Shown here: piece after piece, positions 53,051 to 64,000 of the stretch
Layout of the letters: the number at the start of each line of letters is the position of its first letter
Position numbering within the stretch: position 1 is the stretch's first letter
Assembly (NCBI RefSeq): GCF_036321535.1
Contig: NC_087437.1
Location: 122,328,001 to 122,392,000 of the forward strand
Direction: 5' to 3'
DNA length: 64,000 nucleotides
Origin: Camelus dromedarius
Lineage: Eukaryota
The notes under the pieces: model-generated
Databases searched by the model: none
Seen by the model: only the letters and a program-made list of their open reading frames with translations
What the model was told of the DNA's origin: nothing
Position numbers and translations under genes: made by a program

Positions 53051-54949
53051 GACAGCTTTTTAATTGTTAAAAATAAAGATGCAGACCCAACATTTACAGA
53101 ATATCTATGGAAATAATTCTGGGGTTCTGAGGAACACAGTTTGAAAACCACTGGTCTAAGCAGTGTGGGCAGTGCACGGGGTCCCCACAGTTTTAGATGT
53201 ATTGCAACGTGAGCAGTTTGAGAGATTCAGGCACAGATCGGAGTCTGACTGCTCTTGAGTCTGATCCTTCGGTCTGCTGGTGTTGCCTGCTGACTCCTGG
53301 TCTCATGAGCCCACCGCCTCATCTCTGCTCCAGCTGCTTAATTCTGCGAGCCAAGACTGGAAACTCCACTCACCACACAAGGGACTGTGGTGTGACTCAC
53401 GTGGTTGAGTTTCTGGGGCTCCCTGAAGGTTTGTGTAAGCTGTGGCTGCTCAGACTCCCAGGATTGCACTGAGGATGAACGATGAGCTTGTGTCAGGGAG
53501 GTGTCACTACAGCACATTAGTGGAAGAGCGGAGTTGTGCCCACTCAGTCTGAGAGTGGAAAGGGAGCACGAGGCCCGCACACAAACACATTCCAGTAAAG
53601 ACACAGGAGTGGGTGAAGGAAACCCAGAAACCCAGGTGTGTTTGCTGGACAGCCCTGCACAAAGTCACCTGCCCAACCTTGCTTTATATGCCACCTTCTC
53701 TCTAGTGGCCACTTGCAGTACTGTCACCCCATGCAGCTCTACCACGGCCCAGATGTGACATATGGGTGAGTTCATGGGTATATCCACTTCTCGCATAGGG
53801 AAATCCAGGCGCAGCTGCTCAGGGGTCTCCTGGGCCTCTTCCCCCATCCTTGTCACTTGCCTGGACTCTGCGGTTCCCAACCCTGCAATGAAACGTGGTG
53901 CTAGTCCCAGCCTCGAACCCAAGGTGGTGCGTTCATTTCCCTTTCAACGGTAAATAGGATGCTACCCACAGAGAGGAGTAAAGGTAAAATGAGACCCAGG
54001 AGGTTAAGCCCATTTAGGTAAAGGTCACCCGCTGGTGGGAGCATCCCTGCTCCCCTTCCCCCACCACCGTGCCCACATGGTTGGGAACACTCACCAGGCA
54101 GTTACATCAGAGTAACAAGAGGTGCAGGTGAGATGCTATGGATTAATGTCAACTAGTCAGAGCTTATCCACTTCCAGTGAGCATGATTACACTAACAGTA
54201 TTTGACTGTTAATCCAAACTGTGGGCTAGGAATAAAACCTTGCACTGATTCCTTATCTGAACAGACAGGTTCAAGTGGAGTTTGAAGTCAAGGAACAATG
54301 ATTTCATGAGGCTTCAGATTCCCACACAGACCATGAATTCATAACCAACATCACATTCCTTTTTTTTTTTTTTTTTGGATTTTTAATAGATTTCATTTTT
54401 ACATCAGTTTTAGGTTCACAGACATTTGAACAGGAACAGCATATTCCCTTTAAAATAATAATTTACAGTATATTTGGAATGATTTACCCAAACATTTCAA
54501 GGCCTTAAAACATCTCAATGTGATGAATTTTTGCTTATCATTGAAACAGCTCTCTCCCTCTGGTGATCTAGAACTGGGTACAATTACTGTGTTATTCAAA
54601 ATTTCAGGCAACTTGGCAAGTCAGCGCTACCCAGCCCCTTCCACGCTAAGGCTCCAGGGACTGTCCTAACAGGAATAGGCACGTATTCCTGGTATGGGTT
54701 TCCCTTTCCTGCCCTTCTCTCCGAAGCACCCCACCCCCACCCCCAGCATGGGGTCCTCCGAACACTCTTTGACCCAGGGCACTGCTTTATGGCACACGTG
54801 CCAGACTGCCATGGACCCATGACTGTGGGACCCACTGGTCAAATCGTGAACTGCACCACCCAGAAGTTGCAAGCTCGGGGTAGGGCATTCAACCAGATGC
54901 CTGGATAGGTACCGTGTCCCCAGCAGGAAGAATCCATGGGTCCAGGAGT

Positions 54950-56720
54950 CAGCACCGCGGGTGGCTTCTTGTCCCTGCAGCTCTGGGGTCTGTGGGCTGG
55001 GATCCGATTCCCACTGAACCAACCCGGCCGCCGCCGGGACTCCGGCTCCTTGGGTCCAGGTGCTGGCGGGGCCCAAGAGAAGGACGCATAGGAACGGAAT
55101 CAAGTGATCTTGTCGGCTACCTGCGGCCGTGACACGAAGAAGGCCAGCACCCCGGCCGGCGAAAGGAACCCTGGAGACGAGGGTTTGGGTCTTGCAAACC
55201 CGGAGCCCGCCACGAGCCGGACGCGACTTCTGAGGCAGACCCGGGCTGGCGCGCACCAGCGAGGCCGGCCTCCTGGGATGTCCCCAGGCGCTCGCGAAGC
55301 TGACCCAAGTGGATGCGGGCGAGGGCTCCCCGGTAGCGACCACCGCCTGCGGGAAACAAGTATCCGCCGCCTGGCCAATCCCGCCGGACTCCGACCGCCC
55401 ACGTGCGCGGAGCCCTTCAAACCGACCAACCACAGCGAGCACAGAGGCCGCCGCGCCCCGCTCATTGGTCCAGCCCGAGGAGGCGGGACCGTTAGCGCGC
55501 CAATCGGAGGGGCTGCTACAGCGGCGGGGCTCCGGCGCGCCTCACCGTCCTGAGCGCGCTGTGCTGAAAGCGCGTGCGCGAGGGTAGGAACGCGGGCCCT
55601 GATTGGCCGCGCGCAGGCGGTTCACGCGGGGCAGGGCCGGGCGCGGGGCAGGGCCGGGCGCGGGGCGGACCCACATCTGCGTGACAGTTGTCGCGGGGGG
55701 AGGGTGAGCCCAGGCTAGGGGGAGGGAGTGTAAATAGAGCGAAGGCGGCGCCGCGTCGACCGTGCTGCAGCCGGGCGACCCGCGGAGAGCCCTGGAAGAT
55801 GGAAGAAGATGAGCAGGAGCAGCGGCGCAGAAAGGTGGAGGCCGGGAGAGCGAAGGTAAACGGCAGCGCTTCCTCCCCCCGCTGTCTCGGCGTAGGCTCT
55901 TCAGGGCGGGCTCCAGTGCCCGCCACCGCCCCCTGCCAGTGGGGGACGCGCCAGGGGGACCGCCGCCGCACTCTTGCCCTTTCCGCCGACTCGGCTGGAA
56001 GCCGCCCTCTGGTCGCCGCCATCTTGAATCCGCCGCCCTCTGCCCGGACCCGCCCCCCCTCCCGGTCGCAACCAATCAGCGGCCGGGTGCGCGCGGCGCC
56101 TTGCAGGGAAGCCGGGCGCGGGGCACGCCGGGACTGGTGAGGATGCGCCTGCGCAGGCGGGGGCGGCGGCGGCCCTCTCCCCCCCCCGCCCCCACGGGGA
56201 CCCACCCGCCCCAACGACGTCTGCATGGGGAGCGGGCAGGGCGGCCTAGCTGATGGACCGCGGTGGCCTCGGGACGCGGGGTCCTTGACGGCCGCCCGCT
56301 CTCGGAGCCTGTGGTGCAGGGACGGGCGTTGTCACTCACCTGCGCACCTGTGTACACCTGCTCTCACCTGCGCGGCTCTGTCCTTGCCCGGATTCCTGGA
56401 GGGCTTGGAGGCCGAGACTCAACTGCAGTCGGGCGTTAGGAGCCTACGGCTCGGCTCCGCTTCCATTCGATCAGAACTACGTGCAGATACTCGTTTTACC
56501 CAGAATTCTGCGGTTCTTTTTCGTTTTGAAAAGTTTCGGAGTTCTGTTCCAGAGCCCGCAACTTGTTTACTCTGAGGGATGCCTCCCGCTGACCCAACCC
56601 CTGGTGTACTGGGCCCCGAAGCGCCCGTGCCGCCGCCTCGCTGCTTGGGGCCCAGGTGGATAGCTTTGGGCTGGCGAGGGCTGAGGGGCTCAGCCGGTTC
56701 GTCCCCGTGCTGGGCCTGGA
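54950..56720. promoter_or_regulatory. CpG island / bidirectional promoter C21orf58-PCNT
   Basis: CpG-dense; CCAAT boxes at 55375, 55464 (ATTGG), 55500, 55602 (ATTGG) and 56072; GC boxes; surrounds PCNT exon 1. Confidence 0.9.
55799..55855 (+). CDS. PCNT: PCNT coding exon 1
   Basis: aagATGG context; MEEDEQEQRRRKVEAGRAK|gtaaac. Confidence 0.95.
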
Positions 56721-59700
56721 AGCTCCAGACGCGGGGACAGAGCCTCCCGGGAGATGTCACATCCCTGAACTGCAGATGCCCCCTAGAATTCAGGGCGGTC
56801 CTGGGGTCAGCGTTTAACATCCACGGACTGGTTCTCATTCTTTTGGGGCATATTGTGCAATTAAGCCGTATGCTGACCGGACCCGGGCCCTCGAGCCTGT
56901 GGAGAAGGCTGTGAGACCCGCCCCACCCCACCCCATTCTGGTCAAGGGGGAGCCGCTGCAATGTTGAGCCCTGTGAAGTGGCTGTTGAGGTCAGACATGG
57001 CCAGACGTTGGGAATTTCACGTGGACCAGCTAGTAAGAGGTATTCAGTGCTAGTTTCTTCCCTTGAGGAAACCACATGGCTACTGCATTAAGAGATCATT
57101 CGGAGCACAACGTTCAGAGTGTTGTGAGGCAGAGGCAGGGACAGCAGGGTGACAGGCAGAGGACAGAGTGGCCTCCTCAGGTCACTCACTGCAGGTGAAA
57201 CTCCTGATTGGGGTTTGAAGAGTGAGGCCTTAGCCTGTTCTCCCCCCTTTGCACATGCCTGGCACACATGAAGGTCAGGAGATGCCAGGGAGCTGGAGTT
57301 TAATACTGTTTTCCCAGCTTGCCAGTGTTTGTAAGTGTGCCTAAATGTTGCTTGAAGGAATGTTAAGGGTGATAAGGAGGATTAACTTCCTTTCAAGAAG
57401 AAACAGACACCCCTCATTGGGTGACCACACAGGCCAGAGACCAGGACTGTGGTGCAGGAAGATAGCTCACGGATGGTTAGATTTGATGGAACAGGGCACA
57501 AAACAGACAGGTCCAGGGCTGGTTTTGAAGCCAGGGTCTGTTCTTGAGATGGTTTTTCTCACGTAAATTGCCTTATGTGATTTTCTGCGTCCATGAAATT
57601 GTACAGTTCTGTCATCATTCACACAAACATTTGTGAAATGTGTTTGTTGTTGTGACCACAGTTGTCATTTGAGGGCTCTTTCCCCCTGTGAAATGCTGAT
57701 GTTGGATGTCGGACCTTTGAATAATGGGCTAGTGGGTGATGGTGTGTGGACAGAGCCTAAACCCCCAGATTTGAGGGACTGAGCAGTGCCTTCTGACGGG
57801 GACATTCTGTGGAGGTCCCTGGTGCTTTGGTGAGCTGTGTCGTGAAAAATGGAACATCTGATTTCTTAAAGGAGAATGTTAGGTTGACCTGGCTTAATTA
57901 ATTTTTTGCTATTTCTGTACCTTGTCTCAGAATCCATGGCAAGGATGGCTAGGCTGTAAATTTCCCTGATTGGGGGAAAATGGGGCAAAAAGGGAGAGAT
58001 TTAGCTTTCTTGTAGTTTTAAACCCTAAACATTCCTTGATTAAACTGTCAGTTTTTAAAATAGATGTATTTTTAATTTTTAAAAAATTTTTCCTATAAAC
58101 TGTCAGGGGCTAGAGAAGCTATCCTGCCAGTCAGCCTTACTGCTTTCTTTTGTCTGTAGGCATTGTTAACAGTCCTCATTATTGGGTTCTTCGGGTGTAA
58201 TTCTGAACTTACATCCTAGTATTGTGGGTTTTAATGGAGGCAGTGTTGGTGGTACAGGGATCTGTCGGTTGACGGGAGCTGGCCAGGTGGGCCGAGTGGA
58301 CTGAGCCAGCCCTGGGGCCTCATGTTCCCCGCGAGCTTGTCGGCTTTGTGGTTCTGTTACTCCTTCCTTGCATACCTCTGTCTCTACTACTTCTCTGCAT
58401 TTTTGCGCAGCTTGCTCACTTCCGACAGAGAAAAACCGAAGGTGACGGTGCGCACCCGAAGAAAAAGACGGCGAAGAGGAAGGGCCCGGCTGTCGATGCG
58501 CCTGTCCAGGAGGAGAGCCCGGTAGCCGCCGAGGACGGGGTGCTCCTGGGAGGACGGGGCGTTTGCAGGAGCTCGGTGTGTGGCAACCTCCCTGCTGGCG
58601 CGGGAGCAGCTCCGGTAGGTTTCCTGTTTATTTTCTGGTTACTGCTGGCACAATCTGCTGAGAGCGGTCTTTGGCCCATCACAAGTAGGGGAAGGGGGCT
58701 TTGTTTTAGCTTACGAGAGGGAAGTATATGTTTGTGGTTTTATTCCTAACTAAAGTTTTGTCTTTATTACATGATTTTTGAGAAATTTTGGATAGACTGA
58801 TTGAGGGCTGGTGTCAGTATTGGTGTCACTTTGGTGCTGGGAGTTTTATACGTGTGACTCCCTGGGGTCTGGCTGAGTGCATCAGCACCTCTAGCGGGTT
58901 TTTGGACACTTACACCGTAATAGCCCTTCACCTGCTCTCAAATCCACCTAATTGTCAGGATGTCTTGCTGGACGGGGCGGCACTGTCTGCTGCTTGTGGC
59001 CCTGTGAGCTGTAGGGCAGGTGTGGACCTGGGTGCTGAGTGCGCAGGACCGCCCTGGGCCTCCCAGTTGCTGTGTGCGGGTGCTGTGTGTGGGTGCTGTG
59101 TGTGTTACTAGCAAGGGGCCTTGAACTGGGGGTACCCTTTGCTTGTGTGCAGCAGGGTGGGTGTAGCTGTGTGCTGGGCTGAAGATGGGTTGAAAACTGG
59201 GGGTTCAGGGCAGAATTTGACTCAAAATCGTGCTGTGTCTGGGCTGCCTTATTGAAAAAAGTGGAATGACTGCCAGCATATAAAGTTTATGACATTCGAC
59301 CTGCAAACCTGGAATGTTGCTTCTTGTGAAAAGTTGGAAGCCCAAGCCATGGTGCTCCCGCTTTGCCCGGAGCAGCTGGCCGGACCTCTGGTGGCTGACC
59401 CTTTGGACCAGCCTGTGACTGGATCAATCTCCCTCCACTCCCTGTGGTCTCACAGGTCTGAGGTCGGAGGTCAGTGGCCTTCATGTTCTCCTCTTGTTGC
59501 TTCTCTGGGTGGAGCAGTGGTTCTCAGCAACCTTGTCTCGTCACAGCTGAGTCAGTAACGGCTTCGTGGAGAGGATGTGTGCTGTGGAAGTGAGCACAGA
59601 CCAGTCTTTTTTAAGTTAAAAGTTTTATATTTTTTAGCTTTTCATTTTCAAATAACATCAGACTTACAAAAAAACTTGCAAAAAGCAGCCAAGAGTTTCT

Positions 59701-62700
59701 GTATACCCTTCACCTAGCTTCCTGAAATATTGACACCTCTGTAATCATAGCATAAATCGCAAATCAGGCTCAGTTAACGTGGAAATGATACTGTGAGCTC
59801 ATTCGTAGAGCTCATTCTGACTTCTCCTGTTTTCTGGCCCAGGAGTCTGTGTTGCATTTCAGTGCCTTGTCATCTAGGGTTCCTCCAGTCCAGGACAGTC
59901 TTTCAGTCGTCTTTGTCTTTTATAAATTCGACACTTGCAGAGCACTAGCTAAGTATGTTGTAGAATACCCGTCGATTTGGGTCTGTTTGATGTTTCCTTC
60001 CAATTGAAGTCAGGGTGTGCGTTCTGGCAGGAACACTGTGGAGGTGACGGCGCTGCGTGCTCAGGTGGTGTTGGTGTTCGATGCGTCTCACTCCTGGTGA
60101 TGCCGACCATGACCTCTTAACTAAGGAGGGGCTGGCCAGGTTTGTCTTGATGGAAAGTTTCTGTTTCTCCTTTGTAGTTAGTACGTGTGCTGTGTGGAGG
60201 TGCTTGGAGACCCTGTAAACATCCCGCTTCTTATCATACTTTCTTCCGTTAGTTTCAGCTTCCATCTAAGATTCTTGCCTGCGGCAATTAATATGGTGGC
60301 GGTGGCCACGTGGTGACTTTCTGTTTCTATCTTTTCACCTACATATATTAACTGGCATTTTACTCTAAGGAAAAACTGTTGCTGCTCTCCAGTTTGTTTA
60401 TTTATTCAGTAATTTGTATCAGCCGTGGACTACTGGATACTTATTCTGTGAGTTTTAATCCATCATGTCTGTGTTTATTTTGTTGTTGAAATAAACACAT
60501 TTGGCCATTTGGAACACTTTTGAACTGTTGTCTGTGACCTTTCAACACGCCTTCGTTTTCTGGCACCAGGATTTCTCAGGCTTATTCTGTCCTTTCCCTG
60601 CTGCATCCCTGAGATCAGCCGTTTCTCTAAGGAGCCCTGGTTCCTTTCAGTGGAAAATGGTCTTCAGAAACCAAGAGCTGGGTGCCAGGTATGCTTATTG
60701 CCAGTGGGTGTCATTGCTTCTAGGCTATTTCAACAGACAGAGCTGGAAAATATAAATGTACGTATATACACACACCGCTACATCTGTTTCTTTGTCTATT
60801 TGTATGTACAATACAAACCATGAATTCACACTAATATCTTCAATTCCAGTGCAACACCACAGAATTTATTCTAGCTTTTCCTCTCTCCTTATTTTAAGCT
60901 CCCCTTTCCCATAGTGAGAGACCTGGTTTCCTCCTCTGCAATATCTGTACGTATTCTTTCAGTCTTGAAATACACACAGATTAGTTTCAGAGTTGTTAAT
61001 CCACACCCCTGTGAAAAACAGGTTTACTAACTAGAGTATTTGTTCATGCAGGTCTCCCCAGTTATTGGAAGTTTGCGTTACACCTGTTCATTTTTACGAA
61101 GGACCTACGTTAGTACCTGTTTTTGCTGACAGAAAGCACTCCAAAGAGGGTTTTCACTTTTATGAAGAAAGGTCATTGCTGCTTCACTTGAGGCCATTTT
61201 GGCCTATGAAAGGTTTCATAGGGGCACTCTGCTTTTGGATTGTGGGGGAACCTGTGGTTCTTTTTGTCTTTATCGTCCCAAGGTTAATTGTCTGGCGTCC
61301 CAAGTCGTTTTGCTTGGCTTTTCGATTCCTTATCTCTTCGCTGTGGTTATTTTCCTCACTGACAGTACAGTTTTACTTGTTTCGTTGTTTGTATTCTGTT
61401 TTGGTTCTCACATCCAGGTTGATTTTATGTAACTGTTTTCTGAGTAAGTGAAAGATTAATTGCCGGGGTTCTAAAAATCAGAGCTGTGTTCAGAGAATGT
61501 CATTTCCTCCTCTTCCTGTCACCCCATTCACACCCACCCCTGCAGACGAACAGTCTCTTTAATTTCTGGTTTGTCCTTGTATTTCTTTTGCACAGACGAG
61601 TAAGTGCATGTTTGTTTTCTTACATCCCTGTTTATGGGCAAGGCTCCGTGCTAGCGACGATCTTCTGCACGTGGCTCTTTCTTGTAGCGGCAGGCCTGGA
61701 CTCACTCTGTGTCAGTTCGTAGCGCTCTCCCTCACTCATTTTTCATAGCCACACAGCACATGTGTCGAGTGGGCACGCTTTGGTCTCAGCTGCTCTCCCG
61801 GAAAGAGCGTTTAGGCTGTTTCCATTGCTTCCCATGCAGTGCTGTGGTGAATAACCTTGTTGGGATGTAATTTATATTTTAGGACATGTGTTTTCAGGGT
61901 AAGTTCCTGGAAGTAATTCAGAAGGTAAGTGCATGTAAAGTTCTTTGGAGTACTGCTCAATTCCCTTCCATAAGGGATATACCAGTTGGATTTTCATCAG
62001 CAGACTGTGATACACCTGTTTCCCAACAGCCTCGTTAACACAGTCTCATCACACTTTGGAATTTTTAGCATCTCGTTTCTCTAGGGTCAGAACCCGGGAG
62101 TAGCGTGGTTAGATCCTGTGGTAGGTGTGTGTTTAGCCTGTTAAAAATCTGCCAAAAACTGTTTTCCAAAGTGGATGTATCATTTTGCATTCCCACCAGC
62201 AATACAAATTCAGCAATAAAAAGGAATGGCATTCAAGATGTAGGGGAGCCTTATGTCCACATTGCTAAGTTGAAAGATGCCAGTCTGAGAGGCTACAACC
62301 TTAAGATTCCATTTATATAACGTCTGGAAAAGGTACAACTATAGAGGCTGTGAACGGATCAGTGGCTGCTGGAGGTTGGTGGAGGGGAGAATTAAACAGG
62401 GGAAACGTGGGGGTTTTTAGAGCAGTGTAACTATTCTGTATGGTAATGTCAGTTAAAAAACCAGAAAGTATTTGCATGCAAGTTAGAAATGTCATTCAGG
62501 AGATTGGGGGATCCCAGGATGGAACTCAAGAGTGTAACAAAAGTCCCTGACTGCATTCCAAGGTGTGAGACCACCTCCCTGTGGGGTGGGGGTGAGTCTG
62601 AGGACTGAGGGCAGAGCGACCTGCTCACAGGCACGTGCTCTGGTTGAGGGAGTTGCTCCCATGGGACGCAGGTTGACACTAGTGACCTGGCTGTTAGGTG

Positions 62701-63880
62701 CTGGGCCTGGAGCTTAGAGGGGGTTCGGTGGGGCCAGGTGTCTGCAGCCCTGATGGCCTCTGAGTCACCTGCAGGGTCAACCTTCCCCTTCCTTGAAGGA
62801 CAGTCCTGTTCCCAGTGGGTGGCTCTGTTGTCCTGTCAAATCCCAGAGGTGACACCTTCCTGTGTCCCCTCCCGCTTTCTCCACCCACTCTGTCCTGATG
62901 GGCAGCATCTCCAGTCCTGGCCTCTGCTAAGGCGGCTGGTCAACCCCATGTTCGCGCCACCATCTCCTTATGAAACAAGGGTCCAGCCACCCGCAGTGTT
63001 CTCTCCGGAGCACGCATCTCCTGCTTTGCTCAGGATTGACCAAACCTTCCAGTCCTGGTTCTTTTTGCTTAACCGTTCCTTCAGCTTCCCTCTCCTCCCA
63101 CACTTTACCTTCAGCTGGAAGAGAAGCCGGCAGCTCCCTCAGCACCCTGCTTGGGAGTCTCCTCCGTTAAACAGCCAGGCCTGCCCTCCCCCCGACGGGA
63201 GAGCCCAGCCCAGCCAGGCCCGCCTTCCCCCAGGTGGGAGACCCGGGCCCAGCCAGGTCCCCCGCATGTTATGACAGGATGACCTTCTGTCCAGTTTCTG
63301 GTTGCTCACTCCCTGTTTCTGTCTGAGGTCTCCCTTCCAAATCATTGTAAACTTATGGGTCAAAACTATGGGAGAAAAATTCATTGGAAAACTTTAAACT
63401 CAAGTTTGAGAAAAGAAATTGAAAATACTATTCTGCAAATTAAGGAAAAGATTTATCTAAAAGAAAATCTTGAAGGATGAAATACTTGAATTTATACAAA
63501 ATTAAGAGCTTCGAAAATGTGCATGAATCTGAAAGAACAGAATTTGTTGAGAAACTAAAATGTAGTGATTTAAGCGTTAAGCCCATGGTAAATGACTTGA
63601 AGCAGCAGAATCCCTTAAGAAGAGGGCAGCAGCGTCATTAGGGGAACGAGTCACAGTGAAGATGCTGAGAGCTTGAGAGCTGTGGGGAAGAGCGCAGAGG
63701 GGGTGGTGGGAGTGGAGGGGCTGGAAGGGCCTGAGGCTGTGCCCTGGGCGCTGCAGTAAGTGCTCTTCCCTGGCCCTTCCCTCTCAGCTGGAGGACCCTG
63801 ACCCGGAGAGGACCGAGGACTCAGAGCCGCAGCAGAAGCTGGATGGCGACCATCTGGAACAGCCTGGGGTCATCACAAAG
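55799..63880 (+). CDS. PCNT: Pericentrin, first three coding exons (gene continues beyond window)
   Basis: Exons 55799-55855, 58411-58614 and 63788-63880, all phase 0 and GT-AG. The N-terminus MEEDEQEQRRRKVEAGRAK-LAHFRQRK is the pericentrin/AKAP9-type start; synteny supports PCNT. Confidence 0.95.
58411..58614 (+). CDS. PCNT: PCNT coding exon 2
   Basis: ttttgcgcag|LAHFRQRKTEGDG...KKKTAKRKG...GAAP|gtaggt. Confidence 0.94.
59610..61050 (-). mobile_element. Old LINE-1 3' UTR (L1MC/ME-like) in PCNT intron 2
   Basis: cagacttacaaaaaaacttgcaaa...ctgtatacccttcacctagctt...tttgggtctgtttgatgtttcct...ggagccctggttcctttcagtggaaaatgg. Confidence 0.7.
61600..62620. mobile_element. Two abutting old LINE-1 fragments of opposite orientation (switch near 62200)
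   Basis: T-rich antisense motifs up to cattttgcattcccaccagcaat, then sense motifs cagcaataaaaaggaat...gattccatttatataac...ggaaaagg. Confidence 0.6.
63788..63880 (+). CDS. PCNT: PCNT coding exon 3
   Basis: ccctctcag|LEDPDPERTEDSEPQQKLDGDHLEQPGVITK|gtattc. Confidence 0.88.
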
Positions 63881-64000
63881 GTATTCTTCTCCAAGATTCT
63901 GTAATAAGGTGTGCCCTTGTGGGAAGATTCTTCCCCGCGTGGTAGAAACCCAAGCCAGAGAGGTGGAAACCGGGCCGAGAAGCTGGAGGCCTCGCTTCCT

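Noticed and set aside
54560..55450. Coding first exon of C21orf58 equivalent to the recalled human N-terminus
   Set aside because: I could not find a convincing matching peptide or donor, so it was not annotated.
54666..57075. ORFs of 150-258 aa around the PCNT promoter
   Set aside because: CpG-island artefacts; only 55799-55855 matches a real protein start.

Overview
This is mammalian genomic DNA with spliced genes, CpG islands and SINE/LINE/LTR relics. The tRNA-derived SINE type suggests a camelid. The window holds the conserved block MCM3AP(-), YBEY(+), C21orf58(-), PCNT(+), organised as two head-to-head pairs on CpG-island promoters near 34 kb and 55.5 kb. I traced 24 MCM3AP/GANP coding exons by hand; all are GT-AG and phase-consistent, and the 3' end runs off the window start. 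I also traced the complete 4-exon YBEY CDS (164 aa), 8 C21orf58 coding exons and the first 3 PCNT coding exons. Most ORFs in the supplied track are GC-rich noise. I found no evidence of a wholly new biological system. The most unusual signal is C21orf58, which carries several apparent splice/frame lesions, two of them next to cryptic sites that could restore the frame. Smaller oddities include a uORF toggled by alternative acceptors in MCM3AP, a LINE tail inserted at a splice donor, a second promoter cluster in PCNT intron 1, a G4-prone minisatellite and an inverted LTR pair. Comparisons with human proteins and repeat subfamily names come from memory and need alignment or RepeatMasker confirmation.
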